Origin: a virus
Strand: one strand, 5' to 3'
Virus record (IMG/VR): IMGVR_UViG_3300050343_000147
Coordinates: 7,495 to 71,494 of that record
Length of the DNA stretch: 64,000 nucleotides
Part shown: positions 32,945-44,000 of the stretch, piece by piece
How the letters are laid out: every line of letters starts with the position of its first letter
How positions within the stretch are numbered: position 1 is the stretch's first letter
Translations under genes and position numbers: made by a program
Notes under the pieces: generated by a model
The model's input: only the letters and a program-made list of their open reading frames with translations
Database searches by the model: none
Told to the model about the DNA's origin: nothing

Positions 32945-35900
32945 TACTTATTACAATTACAGTTATTTGACTTTAATTCCTCTATTTCAGCTTTTAGTTC
33001 TTTTATAGCTTCTAGTAATATTGGTGTTATACCTTGATGTCTCATTGATAGCATACCGTTATCATTTTCTCTAACAAGTTCTGGTAAAACTTTCTGAACG
33101 TCTTGAGCTATAAATCCTATATCTTCTTTTATATCAAGTATATCTTCTGATTTATTTTTCCAATCAAATGTTACACCTTGTAGTTTACTTACTTTATCTA
33201 AAGCTGATTCAATTGGTTTAATATTTTCTTTTAATCTAATATCTGATGGTGAACCATAAGCTACAATATCTCCAGAAACTGTAAAAGTACCACTTGAATT
33301 TAATTTACCTGTTTGAGCTGGTGTTGATCCTGTTCTTAAACAAACTGCAAAACCAGATATTGTAGGTCCTTCATTTGCTTGATCATAAAAAGTTGCTGTA
33401 CTAGTTGTAGGATTTGAGTGATTAGCTCTAAACCTATATGAATCAGCAACAACATCTCCAGTAACTGTAAAATCTCCAGTGTAAGCACCTGACATAGTTA
33501 ATGTTCCTGAAGTAGTAATAGTACCACCAGATAAACCATTTCCAGTTGCAACACTTGTAACAGTTCCAGTAGTTGGTGGAGCTGTCCATACCAAATTTAT
33601 AGAACCTGAAGCTTTTGATAAATAATAACCCGAGCCTGGCGCTGCTACTTTTGGCATTCTCCAAAATGTATTACCTATAGTTGAAGTTGCTGTTGGACCA
33701 GTTAATTCTAAATTACCATTACCATAAAGTTTTAATGTTGTGTTATCAACCGGTGTGCCTGATGTATTAAATCTATTTATAAAAGCAAAATAAGCATTAT
33801 CGTTTTCAGATTGTGTAGCTCCAGACCCTGTAGCATAATATATTTCATTTTCTCTAGAACCACCTGAATTATTCCACACCATAGCCATACCAGTATCATA
33901 AGTAGTAGGTGGAGCGGTTGATTGTGCATTTCCACTTACATAAAAATAAGCCCCAGCATTAGTGCCATTAACAGTTAAACTACCAGTAAAATTAGTTGCT
34001 ATAGAAGACGAAGCGCCTCTTGCTGTAACTGATTGTAAAGTATCAGTTTCAGTATATGAAGTTAAATATCTACCATCTAAATTAATAGTAGCTCCAACAG
34101 CAGCATTATTACCAGTTATACTTAAATCACCGTTAGAATCATTAAAAGTTCCACCTGTTACAAAATAGTTTGAACCTGCACTTGGTGTTGCCCAAGATCC
34201 ATCACCTCTTAAAAAAGTTGTAGCACTTCCTCCAGTTGGTACATATCCAACATTAGTGGTTCCAGCATAATACTTTGAAGTTAATGTAAGAACTCTACCG
34301 TTTATACCTTGACCTAAAGGAGCACCAGTAGATGCTGCAACAGCTAAAGTAACACTTGTTATTCCAGTATCAGCTACGGTATAATTAGGTATATTTAAAA
34401 CGCCTGCGTTACTAAGTGTTGAAGCTCCTGAAGTTCCTGTAGTTGTTAATGATTGAAAAGTTTCTGTCGCTTCTGAAACTAAAGTTGAACTTGCACCGGC
34501 TGGTAATAACATTGTATTAGTGACACCTGCACTATGAGGTTGTGATTTTAATATTTGACCATGTGTTCCATCATAACACATTAGTTTAATACCACCATCA
34601 ACAGTGCCCGCACCATCAACTTGTAATAAACCAGCAGAAGGTGAAATTTGATCAATTACAGGTGTAGTTAATGTTTTATTGGTTAACGTTTGAGTACCTG
34701 TTAATGTAACCACAGTACTGTCTATAGAAAATTCATCTGTAGCTGACAAGAGTAAACCTGTTCCATTTGTATACGTTGTGTCGTCTGAATCTATTGTTAT
34801 AGCTGTATTTCCAGTTCTAGTAATTGTTGTTCCACCTGAACCTGTTAAAATAACATCATTATTACTTCCAGTTAAAGGATCTAATCTTAAAGCTGGATTA
34901 GTATTTGAACCTCCTGTTGTTACAGCTAAAAAAGAATAAGTAGTATTATTAATATAACTAGGTACTTGCCATTTATTACCTTCAGTTAAAAATTTAGTTG
35001 TAATTGTAGAGGTTCCAGTAGCAGCGGCACTTAAATCGGCTGTAACTGTTATTGATCCTGTACTAGCTGAATTAGGTGTTAAATTAATATAAGTTCCATC
35101 AGTTGTATCCACACTGTTAACCCCAGAAGCTGTTGCTGGTACCCTAGTCCATGACCCACTACTAGATGATCCACTCCAGATAACCGTATCGCCTATACTC
35201 CAGCTGTTTGGTGTTGTATTAGCTCCATTAGGCGTTGCATTACCGGCAACACTACATATGTAAAAATCACCATTACTATAAGGACTAGGTCCAATTGGCG
35301 GAGGTATTAGGTATGGCATACCACCACTACCACTTGAGGCATCCCATGTTCCTTGAAATTGCGAACCTATACTTGACCAGGTTCCATCCCCTCTTAAATA
35401 AGTAGAGTTTGTTCCACCATCAGGCACATAACCAACTAAACTCCCACCTTTATATTTTTTAGATGATAAAGTTAAAGATCTTAAGTTAGAATTAATAACA
35501 GCTGTTAATGGTGTGTTGTTAACCGTTGCATCCGCTACACCAACAGACTCACTAATTATACCTTGCCCAGGCGGTATACTCCAGGTTTCATCACTAGTTA
35601 AATAATATTTATCTGTGTTTGGCCAAGTTGAAGCAGGTGGTGCTGGAACCAACCCTTTTGTACCTATAACTCCAGTAGGTGGATTACCTGTTCCTACAGC
35701 TGCTTCAAAAACAGTATTTGGTGCGGCTGTACTAGCAATTTCTATTTCACCTGCTCCTACTCTAGTTACTGTTATAAGATCCCCTCCTGAAATTTGTATA
35801 GAATCATCAGTTGTAGAGCTAGCATCAAGTGTTATTAACGGGTCATTATTATCACCTTGAGATGATTGGTCTACGTCTAAAGTATATCTTGGGACATTCG

Positions 35901-38718
35901 GTATGTTTAAAACCCCTGCAGCACTCAGTGTAGCTACGCTCATATAAGGTGAAGTTGGAATAGCAGTTGTTGTTAAGCTTTCAACAACACCGTCACCAGT
36001 TCCAGCACCGATTTGTGTTCTAACCATAGTCGCTGTAACATTACCAGCAAAAGACAAACTTGGAATGGCTGCACCATCAGATATAACGGCTGGTATACCT
36101 GTATCAGGTGAATCATTTGTTATTGTTATTGTGTTATTTGATGCGCTAGATATAGATATATCGGAACCATCTACAAAAGTAATAGTTCCAGCAGCTGCAC
36201 CAGTACTTGTATCGTTCAATGTTATTATCTTTGCAGCACTTGTTAAAGTATATGTATTGTTGTCTCCAGTTGAATCAACTCGCCAAGCTGGATTACCATT
36301 AGTATCTGTTTTCCAAACTAAATTAGCATCAGTAGCGGCGGGAGCGGCTACATAACCAGCCACTGTAACAGCATTAGCAACCCAAGTGTTTGTTGCGTTT
36401 ATAGTTAATAAATCATCTGCTCTTGTAAAAGTAACATTTGAACCTTGTTTAAACACCATCGTATCTTGAGCCGTAGAATCTGCCGATAAAACTAAATTAT
36501 ATTCTCCAGCTGTAACACTTGCTGTACCTGCTAAATCATACAACGTATTATCATTAGCAGCAGCTATAGTTAAAGAATTTGCCGCTCTTGTAAATGTAAT
36601 ATTGGAACCTTTTGTAAACACCATCGTGTCTTGAGCTGTTCCATCGGCTGATAAAACTAAATTATAATTAGCAGCAGTAGTACCATCTGCAGCTCCAGCT
36701 AAAGCATATAGTGTGTCATCATTATCATTAGGTGATGTCAATGTCATTACAAAATTACCATCACTATTAGGATCTGTTAATACAGTTGATAAAGCGCCTG
36801 TTGCTCCAACAAATTGAACTGTTTTACCACTAGCAACATCACCAGTGCTAGGAGTTCCTTGATTATCTTTTATTTCCCAATCATATGATGTATCTGTCCA
36901 AGGCACATTAACAACTAGGTTTTCGCTTTGATCGTCTAGTTGAATCTTATATGTTTGATTAGCTGTTGTTGAAAGACTTTCTGGCACAGCTGAAGCAGTT
37001 GAATCTACATTAACATCAAACTCTAGTGTATTTAACGTTAAACCTATCCCCGCTGTATATGTTGTATTTGTTGCGGCTATATCTATTGTGCTCGCGTCTG
37101 TTCTTGATAATGTAACATTATTTCCACCCGTTAATACAATAGCATCGTCTGTACCATCACTACCTTTTAAATTTATACTTGTTGTGGCTGAAGGTACGTC
37201 GACAGTATAAGTTGTGTTGTTATCTGTTGTATAAGCGGGTACCGCCCAAGTGTTGTTTTTTGTTAAGAATCTTTGTGATGTGCCAGTGTTGTTTCCATCA
37301 GCAGCACTTAGATCAGCTGTAACAGTCACAGCACCAGTTGTAGCTGTATTAGGCGTTAAATCAATAAAAGTACCGTCAGTTGTTGTTAAACTGGTTACAC
37401 CTGAATTTGTAGCAGGTACTCTAGTCCAAGCAGTTCCATCATAAACACACCAATCTCCTAAAGCCCAAGTACTAGGTTCGTTAGTTCCTCCGTTTGGATA
37501 AGCAGTTCCCGCGACATCACATATCCATAAAAACCCTGCACCTTTGTTAGCTGCTAAAGTTAAATCTGGACTTCCACCGCTACCACCTGAAGCATCCCAA
37601 GTTCCTTTAAATATTAAACCTGTAGGTATTGCTTCCCAAGTACCATCACCTTTTAAGTAAGTAGATGATGTTCCACCTTCAGGTACATAACCTACATTAG
37701 CACCACCAATATATTTAGCTGATGTTAGAGTTAACTCTCTGTTAGCTATACTCTCAACTAAAGGTGCACCTGCTGAATCTGCTGTAGCCAAAGTAACACC
37801 AGTTATACCAGTATCTGTACCAGTTAAAGTTATTGTGTTTCCTGTTTGTGCAGCTGTAACACTACCATCGCCTAATATTAAAACAGTTCCACCACTATCG
37901 CTTAACAATACACCAGAATCAGTGTTGTCTGTTCCAGTACCTGCTATTGTTTGTATCGTATCGCTCCAAGGAACTGTAACCAACATTTTTTCACTAGCTA
38001 ATGTAACTGGATAATCTCTAGTTGATGTTTGTGTATAACCTATTTGTACACCACCTCTTATACCATCTGCCGCTAGAGGCAATGTATATATTGTGTCTGT
38101 CCAAGGGACATTTACATAAGCTCTTTCATTATCTAATTCTAATGGATAGTTTTTACCAGCCTCTGTGTAGCCTATTTTTACACCACCTAATGCTACAGTT
38201 GTTGCAACTGGTAAAACATATTGAGTTGGTATTGTTGGAAAAGTAACTAAGTTACCTAAACCATTTATGTATTGAGCAGCTGTCCCCGCGCCTGTAACCG
38301 TTAGTATACCAGCTTGAGTTATAGGTGAGTTAGTGACTGTAAATGCTGCTGGCATTGATAAACCAACGCTAGTTACACCTTGAGCAGCAACATTAACCCA
38401 TTGCGTTCCTGTAGCTGTAGAACTAAGTAATTGCCCTGCTGTTCCTGGTTGGTTACTTGAATCGTAATAACCACCTGAAACTTTTAAACTATTAGAAATA
38501 ATAATAGAATTAGTTGTTGTATTACCTATATTAGTAACCTGTTGTAAATTTTGCGCTGCACCTTGACTAGCGATTAAATCAAGTAAAGATCCTACGGTAA
38601 AACTAACAGTTGGATTACCATGCACTGGGTTTACAGCATCCTCGTCATAAGTTATAGTACCTATAAGTAAATCATCTCTCTTTGGTGTGTTTAAAGGGTA
38701 TGAATATATTATCGCCAT
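32944..38718 (-). CDS. Long tail fibre (1924 aa) with C-terminal Peptidase_S74 intramolecular chaperone
   Basis: Thr/Gly-rich repeats (YLKGDGTW x3, GTWDAS x2) and C-terminal SDIRLKENIKPI...GFIAQDVQKVLPELV...LLEAIKELKAEIEEL. Confidence 0.85.
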   Translation of the reverse strand: MAIIYSYPLNTPKRDDLLIGTITYDEDAVNPVHGNPTVSFTVGSLLDLIASQGAAQNLQQVTNIGNTTTNSIIISNSLKVSGGYYDSSNQPGTAGQLLSSTATGTQWVNVAAQGVTSVGLSMPAAFTVTNSPITQAGILTVTGAGTAAQYINGLGNLVTFPTIPTQYVLPVATTVALGGVKIGYTEAGKNYPLELDNERAYVNVPWTDTIYTLPLAADGIRGGVQIGYTQTSTRDYPVTLASEKMLVTVPWSDTIQTIAGTGTDNTDSGVLLSDSGGTVLILGDGSVTAAQTGNTITLTGTDTGITGVTLATADSAGAPLVESIANRELTLTSAKYIGGANVGYVPEGGTSSTYLKGDGTWEAIPTGLIFKGTWDASGGSGGSPDLTLAANKGAGFLWICDVAGTAYPNGGTNEPSTWALGDWCVYDGTAWTRVPATNSGVTSLTTTDGTFIDLTPNTATTGAVTVTADLSAADGNNTGTSQRFLTKNNTWAVPAYTTDNNTTYTVDVPSATTSINLKGSDGTDDAIVLTGGNNVTLSRTDASTIDIAATNTTYTAGIGLTLNTLEFDVNVDSTASAVPESLSTTANQTYKIQLDDQSENLVVNVPWTDTSYDWEIKDNQGTPSTGDVASGKTVQFVGATGALSTVLTDPNSDGNFVMTLTSPNDNDDTLYALAGAADGTTAANYNLVLSADGTAQDTMVFTKGSNITFTRAANSLTIAAANDNTLYDLAGTASVTAGEYNLVLSADSTAQDTMVFKQGSNVTFTRADDLLTINATNTWVANAVTVAGYVAAPAATDANLVWKTDTNGNPAWRVDSTGDNNTYTLTSAAKIITLNDTSTGAAAGTITFVDGSDISISSASNNTITITNDSPDTGIPAVISDGAAIPSLSFAGNVTATMVRTQIGAGTGDGVVESLTTTAIPTSPYMSVATLSAAGVLNIPNVPRYTLDVDQSSQGDNNDPLITLDASSTTDDSIQISGGDLITVTRVGAGEIEIASTAAPNTVFEAAVGTGNPPTGVIGTKGLVPAPPASTWPNTDKYYLTSDETWSIPPGQGIISESVGVADATVNNTPLTAVINSNLRSLTLSSKKYKGGSLVGYVPDGGTNSTYLRGDGTWSSIGSQFQGTWDASSGSGGMPYLIPPPIGPSPYSNGDFYICSVAGNATPNGANTTPNSWSIGDTVIWSGSSSSGSWTRVPATASGVNSVDTTDGTYINLTPNSASTGSITVTADLSAAATGTSTITTKFLTEGNKWQVPSYINNTTYSFLAVTTGGSNTNPALRLDPLTGSNNDVILTGSGGTTITRTGNTAITIDSDDTTYTNGTGLLLSATDEFSIDSTVVTLTGTQTLTNKTLTTPVIDQISPSAGLLQVDGAGTVDGGIKLMCYDGTHGQILKSQPHSAGVTNTMLLPAGASSTLVSEATETFQSLTTTGTSGASTLSNAGVLNIPNYTVADTGITSVTLAVAASTGAPLGQGINGRVLTLTSKYYAGTTNVGYVPTGGSATTFLRGDGSWATPSAGSNYFVTGGTFNDSNGDLSITGNNAAVGATINLDGRYLTSYTETDTLQSVTARGASSSIATNFTGSLTVNGTNAGAYFYVSGNAQSTAPPTTYDTGMAMVWNNSGGSRENEIYYATGSGATQSENDNAYFAFINRFNTSGTPVDNTTLKLYGNGNLELTGPTATSTIGNTFWRMPKVAAPGSGYYLSKASGSINLVWTAPPTTGTVTSVATGNGLSGGTITTSGTLTMSGAYTGDFTVTGDVVADSYRFRANHSNPTTSTATFYDQANEGPTISGFAVCLRTGSTPAQTGKLNSSGTFTVSGDIVAYGSPSDIRLKENIKPIESALDKVSKLQGVTFDWKNKSEDILDIKEDIGFIAQDVQKVLPELVRENDNGMLSMRHQGITPILLEAIKELKAEIEELKSNNCNCNK

Positions 38719-38721
38719 TTA

Positions 38722-41088
38722 TTATTTATTTTTTAATATTTCTATTTCAGCTTTTAGTTCTTGTATTGCTTTAACTAATAAAGTAACTATTTTAGAGTAA
38801 TCAACACCTTGCATTTCTTCTGCATCTTTTTCTCCCACAACTGCATCTGGTAATACTTCTTGTAATTCATGAGCCATAACTCCATAACTTCTGCTTTCAT
38901 TTGTTTTCCATTTAAAGTCATAAACAGGTATTTTAGAAACCATATCTAAACCTGCAAAGTCTTGTAAATCTTCTTTTAACCTATAATCAGAAGATGTGCT
39001 ATAGGTAGTTGAAGAAGTTGTAAGATTTATTGAACCAACTGCTGTACTTCCATTTGCAAACCTTACAGCTTGATTACTTCCTGAAGCAGTTTTTATGCCT
39101 AAATTTTGACTAGTAGCGTCAATAACTAATTTATGTCCACCAACACCACCAACAGTAGTACTTTCAGTTCCTATTCCGACGTTTCCTTTAATATAGGTTT
39201 TACCATCTGCTTGTATCGTAAAAACGTCGCCGCTTGCAGCATATCCTCCCGAATATAAATCTGTGACTACAAACTTACCTTGCGATCCAGTATATGTAAC
39301 ACCAATTCTTCCCACTGTATTAGTTGCTGTTATACTGTCAGTAAAGTTAATAGCTGCCAAACCCCCTATGTTTCCACTCCATCCACCGTTAAAAGATAAT
39401 TGTAAAAAATCAAAATCTGTTCCCCCGGATAACATGCTTTTAATAACCTTAACATTTCCATCATTAACAGTTAGTTTAGCTGTAGGATTAGTCGTCCCAA
39501 TCCCGACTTTTCCGGGAATACTAACATAAGTAGCCGCCCTGTCTCCAAACATAACTAATGATCCAGCGGCATTGTTATTGTGGCCCCACATTCCCCATTG
39601 ACCATTGCCAATTTGTGTTAATCCAGTCCAAGTATTTCCGCTTGATCCAACAATAGAAGTGCCACCTCCTCTATAACCTAATGACATGCCATATTTATCC
39701 ATAGCAGCTGTGCTTGAATTATGCTCTGTGAAAAATATTCTACTTGAACCTTCGCCACTACTATCAGTATTTCCTTCAATAGATATAAATCTACCAGATG
39801 TGTTTGTGCCATTTCCTGGTAAACCAAAAGTTTGGTTACCCATTATAGTTAGCTTAGCTGATGCAGCAGGTGAAGCCGTTCCGATCCCGACGTTTTCTGA
39901 ACTATCTAATGTTATTCCTCTGTTAGTTATTCCTGAACCACCACCATTTTGTATTTGTAATTTATTTGTTGCATTATCTAAAATAATCTGTGCATAGTTA
40001 TCATCATCTGCATCTCCTAATGCAAGAAACGATAAACCATTAGTAGTGTTAGATTTTATGTTTATTGCAGTTGATGTAGTACCATCTATAGTAAGTTTTC
40101 TTGAGGGCGAAACCGTTCCAATTCCTAATCCAGTTGAGTTCCATCTACCTAAGGTTCCACCACTTCGTTTAAAATCAATATAATTCGTACAGTCTAGTGT
40201 TAAAGGATAGCCTGTGTCAATATGAAAACCGGTTGATGCACGGGTGTCATAATCAATCCCTATTTTATTATAAACTGTATCATCACTATTAAACGTCCAG
40301 TTTATAAATCCACTTGTGCCAGTTGCTCCAGATTTTATCCACATACTAGCGTTTGACGCATCAAGTTGTAAATCACCAACAACTTCTAATTTTTTATATG
40401 GCGAAGCCGTTCCGATTCCTACGTTTCCTGAACTATTTACAACTAAAGCATTGCTATTAAAGTTTGTTACTGCAACTTTAAATACATCTGCGGAATCATC
40501 ATAACCTACTCTAAATGTTCTTGATGGATTTTTAAAATCTATAAATGAATCTGCTTCTGAAGTATTCTCTAATTGAATTGCTGCAACAGAATCACTTTCA
40601 ACGTGTAAAATTCTTTCAGGCGAAGTCGTCCCGATACCTAAATTACAATCATTGAAATAACTAGTACCAGATCTTACATCTAAAACAGCAGTACCTGTAT
40701 TGGCACCATAAGAACCATATGCAAATCTAGCTATTGCTGCATCACCAAAAACCCCCAAAGAGTTTTGACAATACAAAGGGTAAGATCCATTACTATTATT
40801 TCTAGTTAATAAATTATAACTAGAATTTGTTGATCCTGTTCTAAAACCACCACTACTATAAATTATACCTGAAAAAGTTGCACTAGTTCCAGATAAAGGT
40901 CCAGTTAATGTTCCACCTGTTAAAGGTAAATATGGTCCACCAATAACAGTTGAAGCTGCTACCCAAGTTGGGGCTGCATTACCATTTGATCTTAATATCT
41001 GCCCAGAAGTTCCATGAGTATTACTAAAAAGTATAGCCCCAGTGGAATGGACGTCAAATAATCCGTTTATATTAGATAATGATGCCAT
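38722..41088 (-). CDS. Tail fibre (788 aa) with GNVGIGT repeats and an S74 chaperone
   Basis: Six xGIGT junctions and SDYRLKEDL...GVMAHELQEVLPDAV...VDYSK. Confidence 0.85.
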   Translation of the reverse strand: MASLSNINGLFDVHSTGAILFSNTHGTSGQILRSNGNAAPTWVAASTVIGGPYLPLTGGTLTGPLSGTSATFSGIIYSSGGFRTGSTNSSYNLLTRNNSNGSYPLYCQNSLGVFGDAAIARFAYGSYGANTGTAVLDVRSGTSYFNDCNLGIGTTSPERILHVESDSVAAIQLENTSEADSFIDFKNPSRTFRVGYDDSADVFKVAVTNFNSNALVVNSSGNVGIGTASPYKKLEVVGDLQLDASNASMWIKSGATGTSGFINWTFNSDDTVYNKIGIDYDTRASTGFHIDTGYPLTLDCTNYIDFKRSGGTLGRWNSTGLGIGTVSPSRKLTIDGTTSTAINIKSNTTNGLSFLALGDADDDNYAQIILDNATNKLQIQNGGGSGITNRGITLDSSENVGIGTASPAASAKLTIMGNQTFGLPGNGTNTSGRFISIEGNTDSSGEGSSRIFFTEHNSSTAAMDKYGMSLGYRGGGTSIVGSSGNTWTGLTQIGNGQWGMWGHNNNAAGSLVMFGDRAATYVSIPGKVGIGTTNPTAKLTVNDGNVKVIKSMLSGGTDFDFLQLSFNGGWSGNIGGLAAINFTDSITATNTVGRIGVTYTGSQGKFVVTDLYSGGYAASGDVFTIQADGKTYIKGNVGIGTESTTVGGVGGHKLVIDATSQNLGIKTASGSNQAVRFANGSTAVGSINLTTSSTTYSTSSDYRLKEDLQDFAGLDMVSKIPVYDFKWKTNESRSYGVMAHELQEVLPDAVVGEKDAEEMQGVDYSKIVTLLVKAIQELKAEIEILKNK

Positions 41089-44000
41089 TAATTATTTTCT
41101 AATGTTTCTATTCTAGCTTTTAAGCTATCGTTATCTGCTTTTAATTCTTGTATTGATTGAATCAAATGAGGCACAAGTTTTGAGTAATCAACAGACTGAT
41201 ATTCTTCTTCACCTTTTTTATTTATTTCATCTTTTTCACCAGCTACAACTTCAGGTATTAACTCTTGTAATTCGTGAGCTAACACACCGTAATTAACATT
41301 ATACCCTTCTATATCTTTCCACTTATAATTATAAACATTTATTTTACAAATAGTATCTAAAGCTTTAAAAGGTTTTAAATCTTCTTTTAATCTATAATCA
41401 GAAGTTGTAAGATATTGAACTGAATTAGAATTGTATCCTTTTTGAATAGTTCCACATAAAGTAGTGTTATGATAAAATCTAATAAACTTAGTGGTTATTT
41501 GTGAGCTACTTGATGTAGAAACCATACCTATAAAAGGATTACTGTTTCCAGAACTGTCTCCATTTATTGCTACACCCGGATTATTTAAACCAGAGTTTAA
41601 TGGTATTGTTACTAATGCTTGGTCTAAGTTTCCAGCAGTTACACTACTATTATAATAATTAGGTTGTAATACAATTCTTGGTATAAAAGATTGATTGGAT
41701 TGTTCTGTGATTCCTATGAACTTGTCGGTTCCTTTATATAAAACTAAACTTGGGTTACTATCTGCAAATTGATTATTATCACGGTTTAAATATTTAAATT
41801 CAAAATTAGCACTATTATATGAATTAGTATTTGAAGCAAAAGTTAAAGTTGCATAATCTTGATTTGGAAAAACTGAAGGAGCCGTAAATATTGTTATACC
41901 TGCGTCAGCAGTTCCAGACCCAGAGTTAACACCTGATCCAACCACTAATGTATTACGATTTGAAGGGTGAGAAGATGGTGTTGTATTTTGTATTCCAACA
42001 TTTCCAGCGTAATCAACTCTAAATCTTTCTGCTAAACCAGTAGGCGTTCCAGGGCCAACACCTGTAGCATTATTTGTATATACAACAAAAGCACCTGAAC
42101 CTTCTTTTTCTTGCGTATTTGCATCCCCATTTTGCCCAACCTCTGCACCTATTCTAACCTGTGGATATTCATTGGCATTGTCATCTTGAAACACAAAATC
42201 TATAAATGTTTTTTGTTGATTTAAATCTGAACCTACATAATTCCATAACCTTTGTAACGTAGTTCCTGTGGCAGAGCTGGTTGTTCCTGTAGATTTATAA
42301 AGATCTAATAAGTAATCAGGACTAGTTGTTCCGATACCAACGTTACCAGAATTGTTATTATAAATATCATTACCAGTTGTTGTCCAAGGTGATGATCCAC
42401 CTGCAGCTTGCCAACTTGGAGCAGCATTTCCATTTGATGTCAACACTTCTCCTGCAGCTCCGTAATTAGCACCACCAATACCTATAGCACCATTTGATGA
42501 TATACGCATTTTTTCAGAAGTATTTGTACCACTTGCACCCGTATTTGTAATGAAAACTAAATCACTTTTATAATTAGAACCACTGTTTGTTCTATCTGCG
42601 TAAATAGCTGCATTTACTGAATTTGCATCATTAAAAGAAATACCGTGTGCCCTATCGCTTCCACTCCCGGTTGACCAAGTTCTTCTTAATTTTAATACAT
42701 CTATATCATTAAAAGTGTCATCAGAAACATTAACTTCAAGTTTTGAACCAGGCGTAGCCGTCCCGATTCCTACGTTGCCGCCGTTTGGATTTAATACTAA
42801 AAGTGAAGTAGTCTCCATTGCGCCAGCACCACTAACTTGAATCCAAGCCCCATACGGGCTTGCATTATAAATGCCCATATCCATAACTTGGCTATTACCT
42901 GTTGTAGTAGCAAGCCTAAAACCAACATTAGTAGTGGATGTACCAGAAGTAGCTGGAGCACCTGGAGTATTGTGTACCGTAAGTTTTCCTTTATTATAAC
43001 TATTTGAAGTCGTCCCGATCACGACGTCACCAGAACTATCTATACGCATTCTTTCTGTAATTGTTGAACCTGTTAAAAATGTTATATAACCAGTTCCACC
43101 TGTGATAAGCGTTGCATTGCCCCCTTGTCCTGTGTATTCATTTCCGTATAACTGTAATTGGGCTCCCCTTGAAGGACTTGCTTCTCCACCACCTGCTAAA
43201 ATCATTCTTTGATTATCAGCAGCATCAGAAGTATTAGTTCCTATAAAGTTATAAGTTGACCTATTTAATAAGATTTTCCCAGAACTGTCTATAACCATTC
43301 TTTGACTACCATTTGTCTGAAATCTCATTTCATTGTCAGTGTGATTATATGTAATCATTCCACCATCTGTATTTCCAGCAGTTGAACTTTTTGTATCTGT
43401 AAACACTAATCTACCATTTCCAGTGCTTGTAGACTTTATTGTTATTCCACCATTACCAGATGTATCTATGACTATATTATTTGCTTGTCCCCAATAGCCT
43501 GAAGGGTCTGTTTCGCTGATGCCGACATTACCTGAAGTGTCTATTGTTAATCTAGCAGAAGCAGCATCACTATCCCAAAAAACCAATGAACCATTTCCAC
43601 TTGAATACATTACATATTTTTTACCACTAGCAGCTGTAGTATCTAAAGTTATTGAAGCAACATTCGAATTTGTTATAGATATTCCGCTTTCAGTACCTGA
43701 TATATTATTAATAGGCGCTAAATCACCTATTTTAAGAAAATCTCCATCCGTGAATAGGAATTTATTATTTATATTTGATAAATTTGCCATTATTTGCTTT
43801 TAAGTAATTCTATTTCAGCTTTTAGTTCTTGTATTGCTGCAACTAATAGTGGTACTAATTTTGATTGGTCAATTCCTTGATATTCTGGATTACCTTTTTC
43901 ATCTACACCGTCTTTAATTCCTGTGATTGCTTCCGGAACTATCTCTTGCACTTCGTGGGCTAAGAATCCATCTACTGTTTTATCTGCATCTGCTATAAAG